Below are positions 1 through 8,418 of a DNA stretch of 25,044 nucleotides, piece after piece. Made by a program: the position numbers and the translations under genes. The notes below the pieces were generated by a model. That model was not told where the DNA came from. It did no database searches and saw only the letters and a program-made list of their open reading frames with translations. Position 1 is the stretch's first letter, and every line of letters starts with the position of its first letter. Origin of the DNA: a virus (taxonomy: Duplodnaviria; Heunggongvirae; Uroviricota; Caudoviricetes); the IMG/VR virus record IMGVR_UViG_2529293240_000020, positions 1-25,044 of that record. One strand, given 5' to 3'.

Positions 1-399
1 AAAGAACGGCGAACCAGCTATAGCCGTGAATTTAAGGTCCGTCTGGCTAAGCAGGCGTTACAGCCTGGGGCTGTTGTTGCCCGGATCGCCAGAGAACACG
101 ATATCAATAATAACCTGCTGTTTAAATGGAAAAGCCAGTACGAGGACGGCTTACTGAGCGATGATGACATACAGGAATGCATGCCTGTCCCGGTGGCTCT
201 GACTGATACGCCGGAGCCGACCAGACCAGTTACAAATCCCTTCTGGCGTAACAAGCATGATGAGCGCCCTGAGGGGGCTCCCGGAAACGTCCCACGGTGC
301 GAGCTGCATCTTAAATCAGGTGTGGTAAAACTGTTTGACCCTCTCACTCCGGAACTGTTACGGGCGCTAATCCGCGAAATGAAAGGGGGTATCCGATGA
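1..399 (+). CDS. IS66-family TnpA (orf1), 5-prime partial at window edge
   Basis: Frame 1 is open from position 1 (KERRTSYSREFKVRLAKQAL...), stop at 397..399 overlapping the tnpB start; helix-turn-helix-like N-terminal region. Confidence 0.7.
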   Translation, partial: KERRTSYSREFKVRLAKQALQPGAVVARIAREHDINNNLLFKWKSQYEDGLLSDDDIQECMPVPVALTDTPEPTRPVTNPFWRNKHDERPEGAPGNVPRCELHLKSGVVKLFDPLTPELLRALIREMKGGIR

Positions 400-635
400 T
401 AACGCTGCCGACCGGTACCAAAATCTGGATCATCGCTGGCATCACAGATATGCGTTGTGGCTTCAATGGCCTGGCTTCGAAGGTGCAGAACACGCTGAAA
501 GATGACCCGTTCTCCGGGCATATCTTCGTCTTCCGGGGCCGCAGTGGCAAAATGGTGAAAATACTGTGGGCCGATCGTGACGGGTTATGCCTGTTCGCCA
601 AACGCCTGGAACGGGGCCGCTTCTCTGGCCGGTGA
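396..635 (+). pseudogene. IS66-family TnpB (orf2), apparently frameshifted
   Basis: ORF ends ...KRLERGRFSGR* at 635, but the expected TnpB continuation (LLWPVTREEVHLTPAQLSMLLEGI) is readable in another frame from ~620, consistent with a 1-nt deletion near 624..626; a second shift may precede the C-terminal WQHPKRTERPGIRI segment. Confidence 0.55.
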
Positions 636-757
636 CCCGGGAGGAAGTGCACCTGACGCCAGCTCAGTTATCCATGCTACTGGAGGGGATCCGTGGCAAC
701 ATCCCAAACGGACAGAACGGCCTGGCATCCGGATATAACCCGTGATAAAACAAGGGA

Positions 758-2359
758 ATGAACAATGAACTCCCCGATGATATTGAGCTGCTTAAAGCCA
801 TGTTGCGTAAGCAACAGAGTCGGCTTCGACAGTATGCCTGTCAGATCGCGGGCTATGAGCAGGAAATTGAACGGCTGAAAGCGCAACTCGACAGGTTGCG
901 TCGTATGTTGTTCGGCCAGAGTTCAGAGAAAAAGCGTCATAAGCTTGAAAATCAGATCCGACAGGCAGAAAAACGACTGTCGGAACTGGAAAACCGGCTG
1001 AACACAGCCAGAAATCTTCTGGAAGATGCATCGACAGTCACAGATTCACCTGACACCAGTCCCCCGTCAGAAAACCCGATCGCCAGTAAGCCTGAATCCC
1101 CAGGACGAAAATCTTCACGAAAACCGCTGCCGGCAGAACTTCCCCGGGAGACACATCGCCTTCTGCCTGCTGAAACCAGTTGCCCGGCCTGTGGAGGTGT
1201 TCTGAAAGAAATGGGGGAAACAATCTCAGAGCAACTGGATATCATTAATACCGCCTTTAAAGTTATCGAAACCATACGTCCCAAACTGGCCTGTAGCCGG
1301 TGTGATGTCATCGTTCAGGCACCACTTCCCCCTAAACCGATCGAACACGGTTATGCCAGTGCAGGGTTACTTGCACGGATCCTGGTCAGCAAATATATGG
1401 AACATATCCCTTTATATCGCCAGTCAGAAATATACGCGCGACAGGGCGTGGAGCTGAGCCGTAATACCATGGTGCGCTGGGTATCAGAAATGGCAGACAA
1501 ACTCCGTCCTCTGTATATAGCGCTGAATGACTATGTTCTGGAGGCAGGAAAGGTGCACGCAGATGACACTCCGGTGAAACGTACTGGCCCCGGGGAACGG
1601 AAGACGAAAACGGGTCGTCTGTGGGTATACGTCAGGGATGATCGTAATGCGGGTTCATCCCTGCCGGCAGCCGTCTGGTTCGCGTATTCGGCAGATCGCA
1701 AAGGAGAACATCCGCAGCTCCACCTGGCAAAGTATCAGGGCGTACTGCAGGCTGATGCCTATGCAGGTTATAACGTACTGTACGAAACGGGCCGGGTGAA
1801 GGAAGCCGGGTGCCTGGCCCACGCCCGCCGAAAAATCCATGACGAGGATGTGCGCCGTCCGACAGAAATGACTCAGGAAGCGCTCAGACGGATAGCAGAG
1901 TTATACGACATAGAAGCGGAGATACGTGGCAGTCCGGCAGAGGAACGGCTTGCAGTCAGAAAAGCCAGAAGCGTCCAGTTGATGCAGTCGTTGTACGACT
2001 GGATACAGTTGCAGAGGAAAACGCTGTCGAAACATGCGGAGATGGCGAAGGCGTTCGACTATATCCTGAATCACTGGAATGCGCTGAACGAGTTCTGTCG
2101 TGACGGCTGGGTGGAAATAGACAACAACATCGGTGAAAACGCGTTACGATCGGTGGCGGTTGGAAGAAAAAATTATCTCTTTTTCGGCTCAGACAAGGGA
2201 GGAGAAAGTGCGGCGATCATCTACAGTCTGCTGGTCACCTGCAAACAGAACGAAGTGGAGCCGGAGGACTGGTTGCGCGAAGTGATCGAGAAGCTCAATG
2301 ACTGGCCGTCGAACCAAGTGCATGAACTGCTGCCCTGGAACTTCTCGTCTGTAAAATAA
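758..2359 (+). CDS. IS66-family transposase TnpC (orf3), 533 aa
   Basis: Long ORF with N-terminal coiled-coil/leucine-zipper region, zinc-finger-like CPACGG...CSRC motif and the large catalytic region characteristic of IS66 TnpC. Confidence 0.8.
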   Translation: MNNELPDDIELLKAMLRKQQSRLRQYACQIAGYEQEIERLKAQLDRLRRMLFGQSSEKKRHKLENQIRQAEKRLSELENRLNTARNLLEDASTVTDSPDTSPPSENPIASKPESPGRKSSRKPLPAELPRETHRLLPAETSCPACGGVLKEMGETISEQLDIINTAFKVIETIRPKLACSRCDVIVQAPLPPKPIEHGYASAGLLARILVSKYMEHIPLYRQSEIYARQGVELSRNTMVRWVSEMADKLRPLYIALNDYVLEAGKVHADDTPVKRTGPGERKTKTGRLWVYVRDDRNAGSSLPAAVWFAYSADRKGEHPQLHLAKYQGVLQADAYAGYNVLYETGRVKEAGCLAHARRKIHDEDVRRPTEMTQEALRRIAELYDIEAEIRGSPAEERLAVRKARSVQLMQSLYDWIQLQRKTLSKHAEMAKAFDYILNHWNALNEFCRDGWVEIDNNIGENALRSVAVGRKNYLFFGSDKGGESAAIIYSLLVTCKQNEVEPEDWLREVIEKLNDWPSNQVHELLPWNFSSVK

Positions 2360-2391
2360 TCCTTACGCTACGTACTTCTCGGGGCGCTTAC

Positions 2392-2683
2392 TGTTGACCT
2401 GCTCTGCGTTTAATTTGGCATTGGTTCCCATACGCCGCATCTGAGCATCAAAATCAGCCACGCCTTTTACCGTCATGCTGCCACCAAGCTCGGCAATCAT
2501 CGCCGTGTAGCGGTTGCCAAGCGCATCCAGACTGCGCCCAGCGGCGTCGGTTGTGGCTTTGACCAGGCGCATGGCTTTCTGGTTATTCCGGGCGAACTGC
2601 GACATATTCGCGCCATACTGCCGGGCTTTGGCGGTCAGGTTCCCGGCAAGGTTGATCATGATTTCCGTGCTGAGACGGCTACC
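2392..2683 (-). pseudogene. Tail tape-measure gene fragment (N-terminal ~90 codons); codons 1-3 lie at 3950..3958 across the IS600 insertion; 3-prime end truncated by IS66
   Basis: Removing IS600 and one TSD copy restores GGAG-N7-ATG GCA ACA GGT AGC CGT CTC AGC ACG GAA ATC ATG ATC AAC... in frame with ORF 2363..2659; the last ~10 codons of that ORF (SKRPEKYVA*) are read from the IS66 terminus. Position directly after the tail-chaperone gene and the alanine-rich sequence fit a tape-measure N-terminus. Confidence 0.5.
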
Positions 2684-2725
2684 TGAGGTGTACTGGCAAT
2701 AGCGGACACTACCATTTGTTCTTTT

Positions 2726-3544
2726 TTAAGCAGCCATCTGATGATATTTTTCCCTGAAGGCTGCCGGGGAGATATTCCCCAGACGAGAGTGACGACGCTG
2801 ACGATTGTAGAAAATCTCAATGTATTCCCGTATTACTGAGATGGCTTCATCCCGGTTATTAAAACGATAGTGGCTCAGGCTCTCATTTTTCAGCGTTCCC
2901 CAGAAGCTTTCCATCGGAGCGTTGTCGTAACAGTTACCTTTACGCGACATTGATGTTTTCAGACCAGACTGCTCCTGTATGACCCGGTAATCGTATGCGC
3001 AGTACTGTGAACCTCGATCAGAGTGGTGGATTAGCCCGGCAGGTGGGCGCTGGCTCCTGAGCGCCATAAACAGGGCTTTACCTGTCAGCTCTTTTGTCAT
3101 GCGCTCTCCCATGGCGTAGCCGACAATTTCGCACGTATAAACATCTTTGATGCCAGCGAGGTACAACCATCCCTCCTGTGTGGCAACATACGTCAGGTCC
3201 GCCACCCAGACCTGATTTGGTGCTGTAGGAGCGAACGTCTGGTTCAGCAGATTTGGCGCAACTGGCAGATTGTGGTTCGGGTTCGTAGTCGCTCTGAACT
3301 TGCGTTTCTGCTTACAGCGTAGCCTTAGCTCCTTACGAAGACGTGCCAGTCGGTCACGACCAACGATGATGCCATTCTCTGCCAGCTCCGTCTGGAACCG
3401 CCGGGTTCCATATGTTTCGCGAGTGCGGATATGTGCCACCTTAATCTCCAGTTTTAGCCGCTCATCACTTTGTTTTCTGTCTGAGGGTTCATGCTGTACC
3501 CAGTTGTAATAACCGCTCCTGGATACACCAAATACCTGACACAT
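2726..3544 (-). CDS. IS600-like transposase OrfB (DDE integrase domain), expressed as an OrfAB fusion by -1 frameshift
   Basis: IS3-family OrfB with DDE catalytic region (HSDRGSQY... and downstream E); the frame overlaps the orfA 3-prime end. Confidence 0.8.
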   Translation of the reverse strand: MCQVFGVSRSGYYNWVQHEPSDRKQSDERLKLEIKVAHIRTRETYGTRRFQTELAENGIIVGRDRLARLRKELRLRCKQKRKFRATTNPNHNLPVAPNLLNQTFAPTAPNQVWVADLTYVATQEGWLYLAGIKDVYTCEIVGYAMGERMTKELTGKALFMALRSQRPPAGLIHHSDRGSQYCAYDYRVIQEQSGLKTSMSRKGNCYDNAPMESFWGTLKNESLSHYRFNNRDEAISVIREYIEIFYNRQRRHSRLGNISPAAFREKYHQMAA

Positions 3545-3579
3545 CGCTTCAATGGGAAATTGTTGTCGCCATTGTTCGA

Positions 3580-3882
3580 TTAACGCGTATTTTTCAGCGA
3601 CTCCTGTGCAAAATACGCTGTTGCTTTTTTTAATATATCTCGCTCAAGGCGAGCTTCATTTAACGCCTTACGCAGTTGCAGAATTTCAGATTCCAGTTCA
3701 GCCACCGTGCGGGAACCAGGAGTACCGAGCCCTTTTCTGGCGGCGGTAACCCATTGTCCTAAAGTGCCTTCAGGAAGGGATAATCGGGAAGCGCCTTCAC
3801 TGATCGAAAGTTGATTTTCAAGAACCGTTCTGACAGCTTCGGCTTTGAACTCTTTAGAGTAACGTTGGGTTTTTCTGCTCAT
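3580..3882 (-). CDS. IS600-like OrfA (HTH plus leucine zipper), 100 aa
   Basis: ATG at 3882..3880, typical IS3-family OrfA length and sequence. Confidence 0.8.
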   Translation of the reverse strand: MSRKTQRYSKEFKAEAVRTVLENQLSISEGASRLSLPEGTLGQWVTAARKGLGTPGSRTVAELESEILQLRKALNEARLERDILKKATAYFAQESLKNTR

Positions 3883-3946
3883 TATTAGCTCCTTCTGATG
3901 CCATTCTATTTCAGGAAGGAGTGTCCGTTAAACTCAGGCTACCTCA

Positions 3947-4154
3947 ACCTGTTGCCATACTGTTTCTCCAGTTGCTTTATCAGGCGGAACAACTGCCGCA
4001 GGGGCAGTTGTTCCAGGTACTGAATGCTGAATCGCGAAGACAGGTTAACCAGCAGGTTCATCAGTGCCGCCGCCAGCGGCATCAGTTCGCCCCCGCGTTG
4101 CCACCTCCTCAAGCATGTCATCCAGCACAGCCGCTTTCGTGCTGATAAGCTCAA
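3947..4154 (-). CDS. Overlapping +1-frame ORF at the 3-prime end of the tail-chaperone gene; possible frameshift extension. Its current stop is IS-derived; natively it ends at a TAG overlapping the tape-measure start
   Basis: Frame open from a TGA near 4178 through the chaperone stop (4045) to the IS600 junction; no ATG start (the ORF track begins it at TTG); translation is protein-like and amphipathic. Confidence 0.3.
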
Positions 4155-4440
4155 GGTCTGCCGGGTGGAGCATTCGCAGCTGTTTCATGTCCAGCGGGCC
4201 GGGGATATTACCGATTGACGCAACCTGACGGCGCATCATCTCCAGTCCCATCAGCACCTCAGAACAGTAGGCCACCGCCTTTCCGTTCCCGCCCATGACG
4301 ACGCGTTCTGCGGCCAGTTGCGCATCAATCACATCACTGGCGGTCAGTTCGCGCAGTTTCACGGTTTTATGCAGGGTTTCATCTGCCGTGCCTTTGCCGG
4401 TCAGAAGCCCGTGTTTCAGTTCAAATTCCATTGCGGCCAT
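4045..4440 (-). CDS. Phage tail assembly chaperone (Mu-type), 131 aa
   Basis: Small acidic protein immediately after the tail tube gene and before the tape-measure start, the conserved myovirus order. Confidence 0.5.
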   Translation of the reverse strand: MAAMEFELKHGLLTGKGTADETLHKTVKLRELTASDVIDAQLAAERVVMGGNGKAVAYCSEVLMGLEMMRRQVASIGNIPGPLDMKQLRMLHPADLELISTKAAVLDDMLEEVATRGRTDAAGGGTDEPAG

Positions 4441-4441
4441 G

Positions 4442-4798
4442 TCACACCTTCACGCATTTTTCACCGATAAAGTTGGCACTGATGGTGCCGGAATCCTCGT
4501 CCAGCTCTGCCGGGTTATCCGTGGCGGAACCCGTCATCATGTAGTTCAGGCCGTTGTCGCCGTAGAACATCACCGTGACATCTTCCCAGCTGCTGATTTC
4601 AATCACGTCCATATCCGCTGCCGCCGCAATGGTTACCTTGATGGACGGCGAGGCCATCTTGCTGGAGATACCCCAGACCTTGCCGCCGCCCATATGCTGG
4701 GTGCGGCTGAAGCCGCCCGGATTCAGCGTGGATTTCCCCTCGGTTTTAATTTCGCGGCCATTCACGCGAATGGTCGCCATGCCAAGAATTTTTGCCAT
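4442..4798 (-). CDS. Phage tail tube protein (Mu gpM-like), 118 aa
   Basis: Size, position directly after the sheath gene, recalled similarity to Mu-like tube proteins. Confidence 0.7.
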   Translation of the reverse strand: MAKILGMATIRVNGREIKTEGKSTLNPGGFSRTQHMGGGKVWGISSKMASPSIKVTIAAAADMDVIEISSWEDVTVMFYGDNGLNYMMTGSATDNPAELDEDSGTISANFIGEKCVKV

Positions 4799-4807
4799 GT
4801 GGCCCCC

Positions 4808-6283
4808 TTAAAGCTTGAACTGAATCAGGCCTGCCAGCACACGCAACTGGTTCACCAGATTCGGGTGGCAGATAAAGTTCAGGCGGTTTTTATCGCTGCT
4901 GTCGCGTGTCACCTGAAGCGTGTCCCTGTAATCGCTGAAGTTTTCCACAAGGCCCGCCGGGAGAAGTTCGGTCTGGCAGATATCCAGCAGCTCTGCAGTG
5001 CACAGCTTCGGCGTCATCACCGGCTGCCCCGCATCCAGCGAGTCCAGCACGTCATCATCCGCCAGCTTGTGGCGCGGATAACGGTTCGAGAAACGGTTTT
5101 TAATGATGTAACGGATACGGCCCAGCGTGGCGGGTGACTGCACATCAAGATACGACACATCCGCATCACCGTACTGGTTAACCCAGTACATGGTGATTTC
5201 ACGCTCGATGCAGACGTTATCCCCGGCGTCCACCATGTGCGTGGCAATGCCGTCATGCAGCAGCAGGTTACGTTCCGGCATATCCCAGCGAACATTACGC
5301 GCAGGCGGCAGAATGCCGGTCAGGACCAGCGTCTGAAGCGGACGCGCCGGGTCAATGGCAAGGTGATACGCTGCCGTTGCGCCGTATGACGCGGCCCACA
5401 TCCACGCCGGATGCGGCGACAGGTTGGTGCCGATGCAGCTAATCAGCCAGTCATTGCGGGTTTCACCAAACGTGCCGGTTTCCCCGTGCGTGCCACGAAA
5501 CGCCGTCCACAGCTGCGCTTCCATCATTTTGAGCGGCCCCCAGCGGTTCAGCAGTTCATCACGCAGGGTGTTCAGGCTTTTCGTGTCGGTGAACGGGGCG
5601 ATGATATCGGTAAACCACTCCGGGCCGATGGCCGCAACGGCGTCTGCCATTTCCGGTGTCCCGGTGCCGCCGGTAAACGCGGTTGCGGTCACCTTCACAC
5701 CTGCCGGGAAGGCTTCACCGGTGTGGTAGTTCAGGCGAACGTCGGCACCGTTGCCGGTGACGCCGTGCCAGTTCACGGTCAGCTCCACGGTATCCGTGGC
5801 ATCATCCTTCACCGCAGCGGCCACCTGCGTGGCAGGCTTTTTCGTCACCGCATCAGCAATGGCTTTTGCAATGTTTTCCTTCGTATCCCCGGCGCTCACG
5901 CTCACCTGAACGGACACACCGTTAATCAGCAGTGCCACCGTTCCGGCTTCGGTCGCTGTACCCAGCACGGTCAGCGTGGCTTTTGCGGCAGCGCCTTCAG
6001 GAGCGGCAACCGGCATCGCCCAAGTTTCCGTGTACGTGTTGGCACGACGCAGCATTTTGAGCATTTCAGCCAGCATCGACCCTTTGCCATAAAGCTGGTC
6101 TGCCTGGCTGTCACTGGTGATACGGGTCAGTGACAGGGCGTCTGCGCTGCCGGACGATACCGCATGGCCCATGACCAGAATTTTTCGGCTTTGCGCGGAT
6201 GCACCCTCCAGTGCCTGTGAATTGTCGATATCGATCCAGACAAGCGGGACGCGGATATCATCAGGAATGGAACCCAGCGACAT
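4808..6283 (-). CDS. Phage tail sheath protein (Mu gpL-like), 491 aa
   Basis: Length and sequence character of contractile tail sheath proteins of Mu-like phages; start ATG overlaps the upstream stop (TAATG). Confidence 0.8.
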   Translation of the reverse strand: MSLGSIPDDIRVPLVWIDIDNSQALEGASAQSRKILVMGHAVSSGSADALSLTRITSDSQADQLYGKGSMLAEMLKMLRRANTYTETWAMPVAAPEGAAAKATLTVLGTATEAGTVALLINGVSVQVSVSAGDTKENIAKAIADAVTKKPATQVAAAVKDDATDTVELTVNWHGVTGNGADVRLNYHTGEAFPAGVKVTATAFTGGTGTPEMADAVAAIGPEWFTDIIAPFTDTKSLNTLRDELLNRWGPLKMMEAQLWTAFRGTHGETGTFGETRNDWLISCIGTNLSPHPAWMWAASYGATAAYHLAIDPARPLQTLVLTGILPPARNVRWDMPERNLLLHDGIATHMVDAGDNVCIEREITMYWVNQYGDADVSYLDVQSPATLGRIRYIIKNRFSNRYPRHKLADDDVLDSLDAGQPVMTPKLCTAELLDICQTELLPAGLVENFSDYRDTLQVTRDSSDKNRLNFICHPNLVNQLRVLAGLIQFKL

Positions 6284-6468
6284 TATTTTTTCCCTCTGGT
6301 TTTGTTGTTATTTTTCGGAAGTGTGGTTATTTCCACATCTCCCTCGGCTTCACGGCGCAGCCAGTAAGCGCAGACGTTGAGACGTTCCCCTTCCGGGGAT
6401 AAATGTGCGCCATCCGGTTTACGGACACGGACGTTTTCCCGCGCTGGCTTAATCAGTTTCTGTTCCAT
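6283..6468 (-). CDS. Small Mu-like phage protein preceding the sheath gene (about 61 aa from ATG 6468; alternative ATG at 6483)
   Basis: Conserved small ORF position between neck genes and sheath; stop overlaps the sheath start. Confidence 0.4.
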   Translation of the reverse strand: MEQKLIKPARENVRVRKPDGAHLSPEGERLNVCAYWLRREAEGDVEITTLPKNNNKTRGKK

Positions 6469-7060
6469 CGTCACCCCGTACATGGATCACGTCGTTAATT
6501 TCAGTGTGTTCGCCGCTGCGCAGTGTCGCCCCGAGGCGCAGGAAATCCGGGAGCGCGGCGAGATCAATCTCTTCATCCAGCCGGAATTCCTGCTCCCACG
6601 TCACCGCCCACATGGTGACACCCAGCCCGTCGAGGCTGACGGAGTAAATGTTGTCTGCCCGCACATCAGCAGCCATGCGTTCAGCCCCCATGCCCGCTGT
6701 GGCATCCGACGACAGCAGGCGTTTGATCACCTTTCCGGCCAGCACTTCACAGCGCACGTCGCGGGAATACCCCCACGAATCCGTCGCCATGATGTAAGCC
6801 ACCCAGGTGACCAGACCGGACAGCCCGCCGCGCGGGTTGATATCCCGGACACGCAGGGCCGCGACACGGATACAGCCGGTGCGACCGGACAGATAGCGTT
6901 TCACTTCATCCGGGCTGTTGAACTGGCCGATGTGACGCTCCACCACGTCAGCCCGGTCAGGGGTGTCCCCCTGAAGGGCCGTCTGCAGCCAGGCCACAAT
7001 GTGCTCTGCGGCCGCAACGGTGCTCCCCGGTGTGCGCAGTTCAGGGCGTTGTTCTGTCAT
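6449..7060 (-). CDS. Mu-like phage protein (gp37/gp38-like; putative neck or tail-completion component), 203 aa
   Basis: Position between the virion morphogenesis gene and the sheath; start overlaps the upstream stop. Confidence 0.45.
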   Translation of the reverse strand: MTEQRPELRTPGSTVAAAEHIVAWLQTALQGDTPDRADVVERHIGQFNSPDEVKRYLSGRTGCIRVAALRVRDINPRGGLSGLVTWVAYIMATDSWGYSRDVRCEVLAGKVIKRLLSSDATAGMGAERMAADVRADNIYSVSLDGLGVTMWAVTWEQEFRLDEEIDLAALPDFLRLGATLRSGEHTEINDVIHVRGDDGTETD

Positions 7061-7602
7061 GGCAGAACCTCCTTCCAGAAATGACTGATAACCTGTTGCA
7101 GCTCCTGCTGGCTGGCAGAAGACAGCCCCAGAAATTCACGTTGCGGAATGTTCATCATGCGGTGATGTGCGCCGACGGTCTGCCAGACCGGATATTTCAG
7201 CGCCCGCCCGAAACACTGCGAGATAAGCCGTTTGTGGGCGCTGACCGGCACGCTGCCGGAAAAGCCGTCATTCATGATGCGGGCATAATCCAGCGGTGAA
7301 CCGATACGCACCACGCGGTTTTCCACGATGTACTGGATACTCTCCAGCAGATGGCCTTCACCGCGCAGCAGACTCTGGTTGCCGTGGCGGGTCTTTTTGT
7401 ACCCGTCAGACCAGTCCGGCCAGCGTTCGCCACCCGGACTGGTTTTCTCATCGATGATGCGGCGGCGGGTCTGTGATTCCACCACCGCACCGATGCTTTC
7501 CAGCAGCTCTGACTGCAATGAACCCTCTGCCAGCTTTTCAACGGCGCGGCGGATATCCTCCAGACGCTGGTCACCGCTGACCTGTACAGAAATCCCCATC
7601 AC
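7057..7602 (-). CDS. Phage virion morphogenesis (tail completion) protein, Mu G-like family, 181 aa
   Basis: Sequence character and position; ATGA-type overlap with the upstream gene. Confidence 0.5.
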   Translation of the reverse strand: MMGISVQVSGDQRLEDIRRAVEKLAEGSLQSELLESIGAVVESQTRRRIIDEKTSPGGERWPDWSDGYKKTRHGNQSLLRGEGHLLESIQYIVENRVVRIGSPLDYARIMNDGFSGSVPVSAHKRLISQCFGRALKYPVWQTVGAHHRMMNIPQREFLGLSSASQQELQQVISHFWKEVLP

Positions 7603-8036
7603 AGCACCCCTTTCAGGTTGTTACGGGTGAACAGCCGGGCATTGGCACCCACCACAATAATTTTCCCGTTGTCGGTTTCTGCCGGGGTGGCATACGTCGG
7701 CAGGCCCAGGTCACGGGTGCCGTTCGCCATTTCACGCAGGGTTTTAATGGCGTCGTCGTAGCGTTTCTGGATCAGCTCCGTGATTTGATTGTCACGCTCT
7801 GATAACCAGTAAAACGCCAGCGATACCGCCACGCGTTGCAGCGGGCGCGGGATTTCCGTCACCCCCAGCGGCAGCTGGTAGCGGCGGGACAGAAACGAAT
7901 CAATTTCCGCTTCCGCATCACTGATGGCCTGACGGATTTTGTCTTCATCCAGCCCGTTGGTTTCCCGGTTAATCGCCATGTTCCAGACAAGATTGCCGTC
8001 CGCGCGTAACAGATCTTCCTGCGTGATGTATCCCAT
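7599..8036 (-). CDS. Mu gp36-like head-tail connector protein, 145 aa
   Basis: Position downstream of the major head gene in a Mu-type order; overlapping start/stop. Confidence 0.5.
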   Translation of the reverse strand: MGYITQEDLLRADGNLVWNMAINRETNGLDEDKIRQAISDAEAEIDSFLSRRYQLPLGVTEIPRPLQRVAVSLAFYWLSERDNQITELIQKRYDDAIKTLREMANGTRDLGLPTYATPAETDNGKIIVVGANARLFTRNNLKGVL

Positions 8037-8347
8037 CAGCCTTTCTCCGCTTCCCGGACAATCAGATTCGGCTCTGCCATCAGGCGGGTGGCAACCGCAG
8101 CGCTCACCGCCACATCCTCACCGATATGTGACCAGAAACGGCCACAGCGCCAGAACCCGTTTTCAGACACGGCCCTGACGTTCAGCCGGACAGGGACGTC
8201 ACCCTGTACAGCAACCGGGTCTTCAGCCGGACGTGGTTCATTCGCCTGACCGTCAGCCACAATAACGTCTGCCAGCGGTGCCGGGTTTTCCTGTGCAGCG
8301 CTGTTCTTTGCGGCTTTCGCGCCTTTGGTTTCTGCTTTTTCACTCAT
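8036..8347 (-). CDS. Mu-like phage protein (FluMu N-terminal-domain-like), Ala/Pro-rich N-terminus, 103 aa
   Basis: Small ORF directly after the major head gene, typical of Mu-like head modules. Confidence 0.45.
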   Translation of the reverse strand: MSEKAETKGAKAAKNSAAQENPAPLADVIVADGQANEPRPAEDPVAVQGDVPVRLNVRAVSENGFWRCGRFWSHIGEDVAVSAAVATRLMAEPNLIVREAEKG

Positions 8348-8418
8348 GACTCTGCCTTTTAAAAGGCAGTTAAAAGGGCATTCACAGCACCTTTTAACTG
8401 CGGTTTACGGATGACGGG
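8348..8418 (-). promoter_or_regulatory. Structured intergenic region after the major head gene: perfect 18-bp palindrome CTGCCTTTTAAAAGGCAG (8351..8368) and a 9-bp-stem hairpin GTTAAAAGG-N12-CCTTTTAAC (8368..8397)
   Basis: Inverted repeats read directly from the sequence; an mRNA stem-loop after the capsid gene is a common phage arrangement. Confidence 0.35.

Larger units (their letters stand above)
1..2391 (+). mobile_element. IS66-family insertion sequence, left end outside window; right terminal repeat ends at 2391 (minus-strand reading GTAAGCGCCCCGAG...)
   Basis: Three-ORF tnpA-tnpB-tnpC organisation typical of IS66 family, ATGA overlap of tnpA stop and tnpB start at 396..399, terminus of GTAAGCG type about 30 bp after the tnpC stop. 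Confidence 0.8.
2684..3946 (-). mobile_element. IS3-family insertion sequence, IS600-like, complete (1263 bp), flanked by 3-bp direct repeat ACC (2681..2683 and 3947..3949)
   Basis: Termini TGAGGT...ACCTCA (5-prime TG / 3-prime CA), imperfect terminal inverted repeats, orfA/orfB with an A7G slippery motif near 3625; OrfA sequence MSRKTQRYSKEFKAEAV... recalled from memory as IS600. Confidence 0.75.

Noticed and set aside
3939-3946. Stop codon of ORF 3939..4154 as its native end
   Set aside because: The last two codons and the TAG are read from the IS600 terminal repeat; after in-silico excision the native stop is a TAG formed across the target duplication.
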